The position numbers were made by a program, and so were the translations under genes. A DNA stretch of 64,000 bases from positions 62,001 through 126,000 of the forward strand of contig NOWV01000204.1 in the NCBI GenBank assembly GCA_003344405.1. The letters are read 5' to 3'. Below, piece after piece: positions 25,140-39,640 of this stretch (the first letter of the stretch is position 1; every line of letters begins with the position of its first letter). The notes beneath the pieces were generated by a model, which had not been told where the DNA came from, did not search any database, and saw only the letters and a list, made by a program, of their open reading frames with translations. The DNA is from Trichoplax sp. H2. Lineage: Eukaryota.

Positions 25140-26369
25140 GGATTAAATTAACAGATGTGGGAAAAGTAGGAAAGAATAGCCAAAATCTTACTAGCCCAGG
25201 GATATGTGTATCTAATAAATGATATTTAGATACTTTTAAAACTTTAAGATATTAGATTTAGTCATCATAAAAACTGCTTAAGCTATCTTAGCGAAGAACG
25301 ATTAGTATGTTATGTCAGTCATTTCCTTATTACAGTAGACTGTCTATTTCAGTATTAAATGGAGATGATACACTTACAGTTTCCTCTTTCAGTCCACAAA
25401 GATTATTCAAAAAGGACAAGCTAAAGAGGTATTGACCAAGATCGAGAAGTTTCATTGGAAAGATTAGTTGAAAGAAAATGAGATAATTAAATTTTAGTAT
25501 TGCCAATATAAAATTAGTTTTTTTATTTCTGATCAATTTAAGTCCTTCAAATGCAAGTGTGAAATTGATAGCTAGTTTTGTCTTCCAACGAATATTGGAG
25601 CAATGTAAAATATATGAGGAACTATAGATAATAGGAAGAGTTGTTTATAGCTCTAATGAAAATGGTAGCAAATGGAGATATAAGAATAGAACCATGAGTA
25701 CTTAAGTTGTGCACTAATCTTGCCGTATATAGATATAGAAAAAAAATTCGGCAATCAGGCTTTCTATAGCTTATAAAATATGCCATTTATCACTTCTACA
25801 AGTGATAACAGCTGAGATTTAACTGATTGATATGGTACTAAGATGGTATATGATGGAATGAATACAAAAATGAATATAAATATGGTGAATGATATAATCT
25901 AACATTGTTGTTATTACGATAGAACAGTGAGCGCGTATTGCAGTATTTTCTTAATCCATGTTAAATGTAATGTTGTAATTAGAATTACTTATGCCACGAA
26001 ATATGGAAATAAAAGTTCCAATAAGTATAAAACTAATTGTATTCTCATAAAGATTAGTTGCAGTAAAGTATGCCTAAAACTGAGATTTAACTTGCTGTTA
26101 TTAGAGCAGTCACTAGTAAAATAAATAGTGCAGATATTATCTATTTTCTCTATCTCTAAAATTTTATTTTTTAATTAGAATAGCTTTTGCCATAAAGTAT
26201 TATCAAGAGAAAATTTCCAGATTTGTGAATTTCATCTTTTTATAAAAATCAGTTTAAGAATAGTATGCAGAAAAATTTGTGATTTAATTAATTCGATTCC
26301 TGTTTCCTTCATTCATATGCATTTTAACTCTTAGTTGTAGATTGGTAGCTTAAAGATTTTTGTCCCTGG

Positions 26370-27330
26370 CGTTTTAAATTTAATATCGAATTATTGGTCA
26401 TTAAGGTGGAAAGAACCAAGTGTAACTGATATGTGATATTGAGGAAATTGAAAAGTTTGGCTGAGATTATGTATTTTAGGTTAATTTAGATAGAAAGATT
26501 TGAATAGGAATATTTTTCCAGAAACTATTGAGATTAGATCTCATTAGGTATTAAACGGCATAAAAAGTTCCACTGATATAATTTAATTTAGGCTTAGTTT
26601 AGATAAATAGATTTCAATTGGATCGCCATGTTTTCCTTACTATCATTGAAATGGGCAGTTATTGGGCGTGGGGATGCGAGAAGAGTTTGGCCAGGATAAC
26701 TTATTTTCGATTTCATTTAAAGGGAAGATCTTAACTAGATCATCCTATTATCTCAGCTATCATTATAGTAGGTAGTCATAAGGTATCAACAAGCGGAAAG
26801 TTTTTCAGGGATAATCTATCGTAGATTTAATTTAGATAGAAAAATCTTAATTAAATCGTTATATTTTATCCCTACTATCATCGAAAAGGGCAGATGTAGT
26901 ATTAGACACCTGGAGGCGAGAAAAATTCGCCTAGAATAATTTATTTTAGGTTTAATTCAGATGGAACATTTCCGCTTGATCGCCATATTATCCCTAGTAT
27001 CATAGGAGTAGGTAGTTACAAGGTATCAAGAGGCGAAAATGGTTTTGTTAGATAATTTTATTTTAGATTTAACTTAGAAACTTGCGTAATTGGCTCGACA
27101 TGCGATTCTAGGCGATGTTGAAGTCGGCTACCTTCAAGTATCAAGAGGCAAAAATGTTTCTTTAAGATAATTTATTTTCGATTCAATTTGGACAGAAAGG
27201 CCCTGATGTAATTAGATAGACATATCATTCATGTCATGATTGAAATAGACTGTAGGTCAGGTATCGAGAAACTAAAATAGATCAGTCATCTGCGAAATGG
27301 GCTATAATTAGGTACCAAGGGGTAAAAATA
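26370..27330. repeat. Degenerate tandem array, about 7-8 copies of a ~115-120 bp unit
   Basis: GATAATTTATTTTAGATTTAATTTAGA-like block at ~26463, 26575, 26695, 26810, 26935, 27051 and 27166. AGGTATCAAGAGGCGAAAA also recurs. Confidence 0.8.
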
Positions 27331-28779
27331 GTTCCGCTTAGATCATATTTTCTATTTCTATCTTTGAAGACTTTTGTTATTGAGTTAAAATTCGAAAGAT
27401 GGGCAAAAACAAGAAAGACGGATAAAGTCAATATTCAGTTGCTTTTTCGATCTTTAACTAAAATAGAAAGAAAATAGGATGTTCTGTATTTTACGAGAAT
27501 GTCAGTAGAGATTGAAGTATCAATGGCGATGATCGGTTGTGAAATAAAGAGGAAGGAATATGTCCGTATTGAAAAGGTTTACTACATTTTACATCCTTTC
27601 CAAGTTGAAATATAGTCTAAAGTTCATTATAGAAAATCATTTTGCCGATCTTACATGGAAAATGGCTATATTACGATTTGGTGCGCTCTCAATACTAACA
27701 GTTTGTCAACATGTCGGTGAGAGATGTCAAGGAGGAATGATACAGTGATATAGCAAGGATTTGAATTTTGATTTTCAGTCATGATCGTTTTAGAACTCTT
27801 GTTATGCAATAAAATAAAGCAAATTAGTCTACGACTTGATTGATTGATCGATCGGATATTCCCTGTTGAATAGTCGTTGTTTATGACCTTGAATATACTT
27901 TAAGCTTGGATAGCTTAATAGTATAGCGAGATGAGCTTAATACCCTGTTGCGAAAGTGATGTACCATGATTGTGAAACACTTAAAATGTTTATGATGTTT
28001 GTCCTTCCTGTGTCTAGCAAATCAGCAAAAGTAATTTTCGTGTAGATTGAAAGCATTTTACTGAAGGACGTTTAGAGAATAGAATTGGAGTGATATCGAA
28101 GATTCTATGGCCTAATCGATCGGTAAAGTTAAAATCCTTTTGCCTTACCCAATTTAGAAATGGATACGGTGTGGAAAATAGAATCACCCAGACGTATCCA
28201 TGAATCATGATTTCGATTGCCTAATCATGCTACGACAAGGATGATGATAATTTAATCCTGTCTGCTAGCTAAAATAGTCGAGTATCATTGATTATAATTA
28301 TTGGTGCTCAATGTTAGATAGTTAGGGTACTTAAATAGATAAACTAACACCATTGCTCATTAAATTAGCTGTTCTAGACGACCACTTATACTGTTCTCTA
28401 ATTATACAGGTAACCCTTCAATGCATAATCTCTAATGATAGACTTTACTGACTAATGATATCAAATACAATGTCACAGTTGTTGGCTCCATCAACTGGTT
28501 GAATTAGTTTAATATTCCTGACATTAACGTACCATGGGATATTCTATTAGTCTGCTGAGTGCAACACACTATCAAATTAGCCAGTCGAGGCTGATGATGA
28601 CCAATTAATTATATTTCTCTTCCATTCAGACCTCTATTTTGTTCATCCATTTAATTTTATGATTACGCAGACTATCATTTTCTTGATTATTAGTCATCAC
28701 TGTTGGCTGAATTACTCAAATATCCTTGACATTGAAGGTACAGTGGGATGTTGGTAATAGTTTATGTGCCATCATATGA

Positions 28780-30200
28780 TTAATCCTCTGACGTAGGTAT
28801 TTTACAAGCATACAACATGTCTAATACTGTATACGAACTGTCCATCTGAGCTACTTTAGTGGCCAAAATAAACCACGAAATTGATTTTACATCCTTTCTT
28901 CCTTCATGATTTATGATATGATTAATTTTCTGAAGTAGGCAATTTGCAAAACTTGCAATATATCCATTACTGTATACGAGCTATCTATCTTAACTACTAA
29001 GTTGGTCAAAATAAACTACGAAATTGGTTTCAAAACCTTTCCTCCCTCATGATTCATGATATGATCAATCTTCTGACGTAGGCATTTTGCAAACATACAA
29101 TATGTCCACTACTGTATAGGAACTGTCCATCTAAACTACTAAATTGGCTAAAATGAACTACGAAATTGATTTTACATCCTTTTCTTCCCTTATGATTCAC
29201 GATGTGATCAATATCCAGACGTAGGCATTTTGCAAACGTGCAACCTGTCCACTACTGCATATGAGCTGTCCATCTAAATTACTGAATTAGAGGAAATGTA
29301 TTGCAAACTCGATTTTTGACATCATTTCTTCCCTTAATGATTCTTCTTTAGGCTAAATTTTCATAACGTAGGCATTTTAGAAAGCTTGGCTATATGAGCA
29401 GTCTATCCTAACTGCTAAATTGGCCAAAATGAATAGGGAAATCAATTTTATCATCGTTTCTTCTCTGAATAAATCGTTTTTAGGCCAATTCTCATGACGT
29501 AGATACTTTTAGAAACATGCACTATACGAGCCATCCATCTGCACTACTGAATTAGCCTTAATGAACCAAGAAATTTTACAATTGATTTTACATCATTTCT
29601 TCCCTTTATAATTCATGATATAGTCAATCTCCTGATGAAAACATTTTACAAACATATAACATATATAGAGTACATCATACACTATACGAGCAGCCATCTG
29701 AACTACTGAATGGGCCAAATTATATTACAAAATCAATTTAGCATCATTTCTTCCCGGCATAGTTCATACGAAGGTAAGTCTCTTGAGGGAGATATTTTAG
29801 ACACGTACACTATACGATTCGTCTAACTTATCTACGGTGCTAAATTGGCAAAAATGAATTGCGGAATCGATTTGATATCACTTCTTCTCTTCATGATATA
29901 TGATATGATCAATTTCTTGATGTAGATATTACAGAATCATGTCGTACACGATACGACCAATCTATCTTAACCACCGAATTGGCCAAAAATGAATAACGAA
30001 ATCGATTTGAACATGATTCCTTCACTTAATGATTCATGCTAGGATAAATTTCCTGATGTAAGCATTTTTGTCTCGTAAACGATACGAAGAGTCCATTTAA
30101 ACTTCTCAGCTGGCCCAATGAATCATAAAATAAACTTTTGATATCATTTCTTTATCGAACGATTGAACATTAAGATGGATTTCATGGCGTGGACATTTTA
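28780..30200. repeat. Tandem array, ~11 copies of a ~130-150 bp unit
   Basis: TGACGTAGGCATTTT-like anchor at ~28791, 28933, 29076, 29219, 29366, 29497, 29635, 29786, 29920, 30056 and 30187. CCATCT..ACTACT.AATTGGCCAAAATGAA recurs. Confidence 0.9.
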
Positions 30201-31479
30201 CAAATAACATATATATAATAGGGCAGTGGCCGTAGCACAGTTAGTCGACTAGCGCCATTAGCGCTACATAGCAGATTCCACATGAAATGATTACTTTAAA
30301 ATGGATCAACTTAAGCCAAAGGTATCCAAAAAGCAAACTAGACTGATATTATATATATATTTATACACAAGCTATATTCTAACAGTCAATTTGCTATTCA
30401 AAATCAATTTGAACGCGCTTTTTAATACAATTTCTGGAACATTATGGCAATTCTTCTTCACCGAAATCATGTCGATAGAGAGACTATAGTGGGTAGAAAC
30501 TTATAAAATACACTTCAAATAGGGAAAGCATAAGGATTTTGCCTTTTCAACGTCCTTGCTAGACACATGAAGACTAACCTCCCAAAGAAAGTAAAATCTT
30601 ACTAGATTAGGTAATAATTGTAAAAAAAGAAGGTAATGAGAAAAGGAACAAAGGCATTTTACTGGTAATTTAGCCTTTTAGACGCATACCTAGCAACTAA
30701 TTTGCCTTTCCTTACAAGTGTTGGAATTGACATTTCTAATAGTAAATATAGCGTAAGCCTACTTCTATCTAATTAGAGAGTACATAATGAAGGCAGATTA
30801 TCCACTAATTCTTGTCTAAATAAGCATGTTCAACGAATCTACTGCCAAACTATACTGTAAGCTTGCAATCCACTCAGATTGAGAGGATTCGTTTTCTAGC
30901 GAATTGAAAACGGGTACATTAGGACGTACCATGGAAAAAGTCCAAATAAATTAATCTAAGACTTATTTGGAGCTTGTACTATATTTATATTATTGATTAG
31001 ACAGAGAGAAGAGAGTAAAAAAATCGATATCAAAATATCAAAACAGTTAAATGTCATAATTGGATATAAGAAAATAACTTTCATCTTCTCTCTATACTTG
31101 GATATAAAATTATAATTATTTATTGTAGCTAAATTCACAGCTTGATTTACCAGGCATTCATCAAGATTATTGTCTACTTTTAGTAATATAACAAGCAAAT
31201 TGTATACTCTTTTCTCTTGATACTATTATCATCACGGTGAAAATGGAATAGTAATCGTAGTGGAGGATACTATAGAAGGGATAGACTAAAAAATATCCAG
31301 ATAGAAATGTTTGCCTAGGTTGTCAGAGTTAAATGAATTTTCCAAGGTTAACAACGATAGAAAATTAGCGTTTATGGCTATAAGATGAAATCTGAGTAGT
31401 ATTTTCTCTCCCCTTATACCTCTTCTCATGGTAATGAATAAGTCATTATGACATGGATACAGCAAAAATAAGTTGGATA

Positions 31480-32960
31480 ATAGACCTAAAAGGCTTCAAA
31501 AGCCAGCTTACAGCCATAAAAAATCCTTAATTAGATAGAATTATTCATTATTTTGGGCCAGTAAACTACTCCTCGAAAAGCTACTGTAACCGAAGTAAGA
31601 CCTCTGGCTATCAAAGTACTATTTATGCTTCATAAGCTAGTCTATAGATATGAAAAAATTTCCCTTAGCCCTTTAAAAAGGAATATTCTTTATATTGAGC
31701 CAGTAAACTACTCGATTGAGAAGTTGCTGTAATCGAATAAGACCTCTGACTATCAACGGGCAATTTAGGCTTCAAAAGCCAATCTATAACGATGGAAAAG
31801 TTTCCTTAAAAAAGTATAATCTTCGTTGTAAGTTAATAAACGACTCGATCAAGAAGCTACTATAATTGAATAAGACCTCTGGCTATCAAAACACTAGTTA
31901 GGTTTTAAAGTCAGCCCATAAGGAAAAACAGTTTCCTTGGGAAGGAATAACTTTCATTTATGAGTCAAATAAATTACTCATTCAAGTACTCTAGCAGCTG
32001 TAATTGGATAACTCCTCTCTCAATCAAGGTGTTATGGAGGTTTTCTTAGCGAGTCAATAACGATGAAAACTTTCCTTGGAAAGAAATATTCATCATGTCG
32101 AGTTAGTAAACCACTCAGCCGAGTAGCCACTAGAAAGAATAAAATCTCCGGAGATGAAAGTGTTATTTTATCAGAGCTTGAGCGGAAAAGCTATAAATAA
32201 GTTGGAATTTAGGAATAAATCACTTCAAAGTGAATGCTGTAACGATGGAATAGTCATCGTGTTGAGTAAGCAAACCACTTTATCAAGCAGCATTAGAAAG
32301 AATAAAATTTCTTAAGATCAAGATGATATTTTATCCAGACTTGAGCTTAAAGCAACAAACAAGTATGATCATAGCCACGAATAACTTCAAAGTCAGTAAA
32401 TTAGTTAATAGCGTAGGTACTAGAAATAGGATAACATCTCTCGAGATGAAGCTGCTATTTTATCAGAGCTAAAGCGAAAACGCAATAAACAAGTTGGATA
32501 ATAATCACGATCAACTTCAAAGTTAACAACGAAGGAATATTCATCATGTCAAGTCAGCATAGCACTCATTTGAGTAGTTAATAGAAAAGGATAAAATCTC
32601 TCGTGATGTAGGTATTATTTAGTCCGAGCTTAAGCAGAAAAAGCAATAAAGAAGTTGAATAATAATCATGATTAACTTTAAAGTTAATAACGAAGGATTA
32701 TTCATCATGTCAAGTCAGCAAATCACTCAATCAAGTAGTTATTAGAAAAAGATGAAGGTACTACTTTGTTAGAGCTAAAGCAAAAAAGCGATAAACTAGT
32801 TGGATAGCAGACATGAATAACTTCAGAGTCAGTTTATTTTGGTGAAGAAAACATTTTCTTGGAATAAACATTCATCATCCTGGGTTAACTACCAACTTAA
32901 TCAAGTAGCTGATGTACTAGGATAAGATCTCTCAAGATCAAGGTGCTATTTTACCCACAT
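31480..32960. repeat. Degenerate tandem array with two related subfamilies (~135 bp, then ~130-160 bp)
   Basis: AAGACCTCTG(G/A)CTATCAA at ~31598, 31739 and 31872, then ATAAAATCTCTCGAGATGAAG-like blocks at ~32139, 32301, 32431, 32591 and 32922. Confidence 0.8.
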
Positions 32961-33368
32961 TTTAGTGTATTTGCAATCATAGGCTCGAGTTCATTAATTA
33001 TCGGCTAGTAAAATTATGTACTCGCATTTATCGCATCTAACATGAACATGATATGGATACAAGCTCACTTTAGATAGAATTCTAGCTCCTTCTCCTAGCA
33101 TAGTTTGTTTATGTCGGTGAGGAGATTGATTCATTCCAACATGGCTGATCTATTTTTGTGCGATAGTGTCGTAGAGCTATAGTATTGTGGAAGGAACAAG
33201 TTGGTTTGTAATTTAAATTTTTAACTAATTGTTCCTAGACCAACCAAAATATATAGTACTCGCCTCGAAAGAGAGTGTATACTCGAGATCGAGAGAGAAA
33301 GTAGAATAGACAATCATCAGGTATTTGTGTATAGACTAGCCGACAAAACTATAGATAGTATATCTTAC

Positions 33369-33745
33369 CTTGAGGGATAAGACCATGAGTCCAATAGCTC
33401 TAGGATTTTTTTTATACTTTACTGATTGCCAATTTACATAGAAGTAAGGTGGAAAATAAAGGATTGATTGCAGTGCAAATCTTCACGGCAATTAATTTTC
33501 CGTTATAGCTAGAGGGATATAACCAATTTAGGAATACTATAGCTCTAATCAGTCGAATTTGGAGGGCGCTAACTCTTCTTCTTCGTCTTCGGCTTCTCCT
33601 CCTCCTCCTCCCTCTTAATGGTTTGGATGTTGTTGATATTACTCAATCTTAATAGCTAGCAATTATTGGTTAGCGTCGTTGAATAGTTTTACCACTCATG
33701 GCTTCTCTGTCTTTTCCAACGGCATGCGCATGGACCATGTGATTT
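33369..33745 (-). promoter_or_regulatory. Candidate distal promoter / first exon of the dystrophin-like gene
   Basis: Strong donor AAG|GTAAGA at 33369/33368, purine-rich GAG/GAA leader on the minus strand (33570-33615), and an NRF1-like GCATGCGCATG at ~33722-33732, in non-repetitive sequence between arrays. Confidence 0.35.
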
Positions 33746-34499
33746 CAACAGCTGTATACTATTAACCCTATAGGGAAAAAAGCTACTTGTCAAGAATAGG
33801 AATACAATTCAAAGCTTGGACAATAAAGTCAATTATCATTTTAATATATGTTTAAAGAGTAAAATAGAGTTAATCAACTCTTATTGAAAGAATAAAATTA
33901 TCATAAAAGCAAGAAGAAATTTGCGGCAATCGCCTACTCTATCCAGTATTATTGCATTCATGTCAGGGTAATAAGTCTATCCGCTATCAGAAAAAAAGAA
34001 GCGTTCAAATGATAAGAATAGAGGATAGAATAGAGATCATGTTTGCCTTTTGATATAGTCTGTTAATGGATTGATAGCAGAATCGCCACTGTTACATGAC
34101 ATCAATGACTAAGAATTTAATTTCAAATAGAAGTTGATGATATTGAAAGATGCGATGACAATAGACAATCACTAGAGAAATACAAAATATTCCATGTCAT
34201 CATCATCATCAATAGATGATCAATAGCTGTCAATGTTATTTTTATTTCTTTTTTTATATAGCTAATCCTTAAAATGTTTTTGAAAAATTGTAATTTTAAT
34301 TTCAATTGGAAGAATGAAAGGGATAGGAGAATACAATGCATCCACGGACTATCCATAAGCTTTTCAAGTTGTTCTACTGTAGTCATCATCATTAAATTAT
34401 ACTTAAAAAAATACTTGCTACAATTAAAATGGATTGCAACTTGTAGTAGACAGGTATCTATTCTTTTTCTTTAATACTCTCTTCAATAAGTAAATTTAG

Positions 34500-35650
34500 T
34501 TTCAATTCTAAGACTTGAACTAAAGATAGGACAGATTAACATCTAGATCATACGACAAACGGCTGATCATGTTGCTATCGAGAAGAGTTGTACCTCGAGA
34601 GGGTAACTAGTCAAATTGGCTTAAAATGAATTTGAAACTGGGATTGATGACTAAGATAGTACATTCCAATTTTACTGTTAAGCTAAAGACAAAATAGGCT
34701 AATATATAGATAACTAGTATAGACTATAGGAAATATGCTTGATCATGTCGCTTTCGAGAATTATACTGCTATGATAACACTCTATCGATTGGGTAACTTG
34801 ACAAGTTTGCTTAAAATAAATTTAAAAATAGGATGGATGGCTATGGTAGCACATTCTAATTCTTACTCTTAAGCTAAAGATAAAATAAGTTAATATATAG
34901 ATAACTAGTATGGATAATAAGACAAATGGTTAATCATGTCGCTATCGAGAAAATTAGACCGCGATGATGACACTCTATCGATCGGGAAAATTGCTAAGCT
35001 TGCTTAATATAAATATGAAATTAGGATGGATGGTTAAGGTAGTACATTCTATTTAAATACGCTTGATAAACATAGAAAATTGATTACCATCCTTGATGTA
35101 ATGCAGCAGTGCAGTGTTTCATTAAAGATTACGAGAAACAGACAATTTTGGTTGCGAAAGGATTAATTTTAAGATCGAGATGATCTCAATTTCGGCTTAG
35201 AACGACGAAAAGCTATGATTTAAAACAGCTTTAAGCAGAGAGGAGAGTTAGAGAAAGTACTTAAAGCTGCCTAATCGATAATTTTAATTTTGATTCTTAC
35301 GTTGAACTAAAGATACTCCAAATTAACATCTCGATAATGTCAGCCAAGATTGAAGGCGTAAAGTTATTTTAGCAGCGATGAAGTAACGTAGTATTAACTT
35401 AAGATTTAAGATAAACAACAATTTTCAGTCTAGAAATGATGATAGATTAATAAAGCTATAATTGAAAAATCAATAGGGCAAGGAAAGAAGGCATAGACAT
35501 ACTTAAATTTTTCGATTGAAATTGACAGAAGTCGATCAATACACAGCCTCAATTTATATTCTCACTTTAAGCTAAAGATAATTGGGGTTAACATCTAGAT
35601 ATTGTTGCGAATGATTGTTCATATTACTATCGAGAAAAATTTATAAGTTT
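34500..35650. repeat. Degenerate tandem array, ~190 bp unit
   Basis: TAAGCTAAAGA(C/T)AAAATA.G.TAATATATAGATAACTAGTA at ~34679 and 34870. GATCATGT(C/T)GCT(A/T)TCGAGAA at ~34565, 34741 and 34932. Weaker copies to ~35640. Confidence 0.75.
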
Positions 35651-37222
35651 AGTTTTGAAATTGACGGAAATGTTCGAGATAAACGAAGATTGACGAAAAT
35701 GACAATAAATTAATATTGATAAGATTCATAGTAATTTTAACTACGATGAAGTAATGACGTATCTATTTTAAGAATAACATGGAGAAGAATTTTTGTACAT
35801 ACAATATTTATGATTATGACCGATTAATGAATGCTAAGTAGTGAAGCAGCTATTAGTAGAGAGAGAAAATATAGGAATTATTATTGCTTAAAGTTTATTG
35901 AAGTTGACGGAAATACTCGAGAAAAACAGAGGTGAGAATTCAAACTGCATTAATTACAATGATATAGCTGTAGAGATTAGTTACGGTACGCCATTACTCT
36001 AACTCTTCAAAATCAATTCCTACTATCTGATATATTTGCCTTGTTATTAGCACTACTATTTTTATTATAGCATTGTCATTGTTAAAATTTGCTGGTAATT
36101 AATATAAATAACATTGGGATAGTTCTGGCTACGATAATTTAGCTTCTAATTTGAGGCTAACGATTAGTATATTAAATTAAAAAGGATAGAAGTTAAAGCA
36201 CTTCTAATTATGGCGGTGTAGCCATAGAAAACACTCAAATCTTGGATGACTTGTGTTAATCTTAAATTGAAATAGATTTAAAGTATATCACATAATTAGA
36301 GATGGGAAATTAGTCTTTCCATTCATATTTAAGTATACGCATATTATTATAAAAAGTATTCGAACCACTATTATTACTGCTGTATCACTTCTGTAGCTTG
36401 AAATATTTCTTGCTTTTACAATTAATGTTAATATAGGATGGATGGAAATTATAGTAAATGAATATGATCAAGATTCAACGCAGTTTTCCTCTATAGCTAT
36501 ATTAACTAGCATTAATATTTGTATAGGAACAACAGTAACCACAAAAGATAACTAAGGATAGATTTGAAGCCTTGATATAATGCAGTTATAGAAAATTCTT
36601 AGACTAAATATCACTGGGATTTTTTTGCTTGTTGATCATATCGCTGCCAAAAGTAGAATATACTGTTATTAAGGCTATAAAATAATGTCTTTTACAGCTA
36701 AGTTCTTGCTTAAATGTAATTTTAAAATAAACATAGGGATAATGTCAATAAGTGAATCGATTATCTAACGCAGGTGACATTCTGAGCTTTAACTATGCTT
36801 GTGTCACTGCTAAAAGTCATTCTATAAAAGTTATCAATTTTTAGGGGATATAATTTGCAGCTGGATCATATCATGTATCTTGCATTCTGTACTACTGAAT
36901 AAAAGGTAAGAAAATGCTCTATCTTACAGGCTATTTACAGTTTCTCTTTAGTGGAAATATCGCAAATAGAATCAAGTTAGATTTCAAAGAGATGAAGACA
37001 TGTAGGTACGGCACTATTATTTTGTGATTATTATATTATTGTACTGAAGAGTGATGTATCTGTAATTATTAATTTGCAAAAAAATCATGATAGCTAAAAA
37101 GTAGATGTTGAAGAGTTATAAATAATATTGCATATTTCATTTCTATAGCTTATCGTCAAAGATAATTTAGAAAACGTACCGCGCTTAAAATTTGATTTAA
37201 GTAACAAGAATAAACATACATA

Positions 37223-37555
37223 AAGAGTTAAATTCGAAATAGAAATACTGTACTATGATGACCAATTAGTGGGACTAGAAGAAACGTGTATGAAAACAAA
37301 TTTCATACATGATTAATAGATTATCCTGGAAAGAGAATAACTACCCTATAGGAATTATAATTAACGAGGTCGTCTTTAAAATTTGTATTAAGCTGCAATA
37401 ATAGATATACTTCAAGAGTTAAATTCGAAATAGAATACTATGATGATCAATTACTAGTACTAGAAGAAACGTATGTTAAGACGTAAATTTTATGCATTAT
37501 TAATAGATTATGCCGGAAAGTGAATGGCTACCTTATAGGAATCATAATTAATGAG
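37223..37555. repeat. Direct duplication, ~191 bp spacing
   Basis: AAGAGTTAAATTCGAAATAGAA..ACTATGATGA.CAATTA..ACTAGAAGAAACGT at 37223 and 37414. Confidence 0.85.
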
Positions 37556-39640
37556 TCATTATTATAATGTTGTCATTATTATTGTTATTGCAACTTATTT
37601 TATATAATTTTCTTCGTGCGATAAAGTAAATACATCACAAATCATAATATCATTATTGCAGTATTATTATTGTAGCGGCTTATTACTGCATGTAAAGATG
37701 ATAAACAGGTAAAATACACGACTACTATTACAATATTAATATTATGTGTATTCTATTCGTACAGCTACTGATTACCAAAATCAGATAGGCGAATTGATGC
37801 TATTGGTAATTTAAGCCCGATTGCTACATAGGTTAAATGATTTTTGGCTACAAATTTAATTTGATTCTGCGCAGACTCAAGATGAGCTTAAAACTGATTA
37901 ATTATTTCATAATCAGAATAATTAATCTATCATTAGTATATGAAATTATACTGCAAATATTACTAGATTGATGTTAAGATTGAATCAAAAATTCTGATAT
38001 GCTCAAATCTAAGTATATACTTTATCTATATTAAATCATGTATAACTTAGATTCTGGTATATCTTAGAGCTAATGATATGTGTAACAGACTAAAGTACAA
38101 GAAGAAACCGTCATCCTATCTCTTTCATAGTTACTTTCTACTGATTTATGTCCATGAATAGGAGGAGCTGATTTATTTTATTTTATTGCGAATGATTAGG
38201 GCGATTATTATCCAATAAAAATTTGCGTAGTCTAATTAAATCGTTCGTTACTTAGGTATCGAAGCTTAAAAACTGAAAATTGTAATATGAAAAATATTTT
38301 ATTAAGGAAAATATTAAAAGTTCCAATTTCAATATCTATGGCGGTACTATAAGTTTTATAAATGCTATATCTTAGATATAAATGCAAAATGTATTAAGAC
38401 TATTTGTCATAGCTGGAATATCCTTATGTATCTAATTTTGTAAGATTAATCAAATTTAAAATAATAAATTGCATTAAAAGCAGTCTTATATCAGCTAACA
38501 AATTTTTTGCCGAATAGTCTAAGGCGAATAACTCTTGCTAGCCAATCTAAACTTTAACTAGTATGAGCTCACAGTACCATCTAATTGGAATATCTTCGCG
38601 TGAAATGTTACATCTGCAGCCAATTGTTGTAAAGGTTGCCTTATGTAATGTAGTTCTATTCGTAGGCTACTATGATAAAGGTAACGTTTATATATGCATC
38701 TATCTTCGATTATTCTGAACAAAGGTAGATATAGATACCAGGCAGATATTAAACATAAACAGTAATATATACCAATCTCTATTTCTCCTTTACAGTACTC
38801 GAAACTTTCATATAGTGTGTTTTCGTACATTATGAGAACGATTTAGTTAACTTCTATCTGGTTAATCTTGTCAATTTAGTTACACAAAAAAGTTCGGACA
38901 TTTAATCTATTCTACTTTACTTGAGCCCATCCTGTTACATTATTTCCTTATCTCATCAAAATATTATGCAATTTTTTCATGTTATTGACTACAATAAAGA
39001 TCACTATTTTCTTCTCTTAATACGATAACCTACTTGAAACCCTTGCTATCGCGATGTATGAGCAGTTTTAACAAATGCCACACAAAGTATTACCGCTACA
39101 ACAAAATTAAGTCCAATGGCTAACTGCTTAGCCTTGAAATACAACTTTTACATCTAATTCTAACTAAAAAATTTATACTATCCAAGTTAAATTTTATTTT
39201 ATTGCAAGCTCATTGTACAATCCAATTGCAATACCCTTATATGAAATATTACATCGGTAGCTAACTACCACAGTTAAGCGAAATTAAAATTATCTATTTA
39301 CAAATTGTAATATAATAAAGATATTGCGTTGACTAGAGCAACATCCAATCCAATTACGAAACTCTCGATATGTTAATTCGGTTATAACAGCAGATAGTTA
39401 TAAAATGATCACGAATGCTCGTTTCAATTCAAGTTATTGAATTACCAGATCTTTTAGTTATAATGATAATAATATCGAAAAATAAATTTGTAAATTGTAT
39501 TTGTAATGAAAAATCGTTAATAGGCGGATAGATAGATGGATAAATTGACAGATAGCATATAAAGTATTAGGCAACGTAAAGAAAGGAAGATCGATCCAAT
39601 TATTTTAACCATTTATCAATGCCATATCCGTTCCAAAAAT

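Noticed and set aside
28780..30200. Regularly spaced repeats suggesting a CRISPR array
   Set aside because: Whole units are homologous with no unique spacers, there are no cas genes, and the context is eukaryotic.
30221..30285. tRNA-like GC-rich stretch (TAGCACAGTTAGT A-box-like, TAGCGC/GCGCTA hairpin)
   Set aside because: No T-loop GTTCRA, no acceptor stem and a non-canonical anticodon loop. At most a degenerate SINE or element end.
38558..38830. 90 aa minus-strand ORF downstream of AK9
   Set aside because: No recognisable motif or supporting exon chain.
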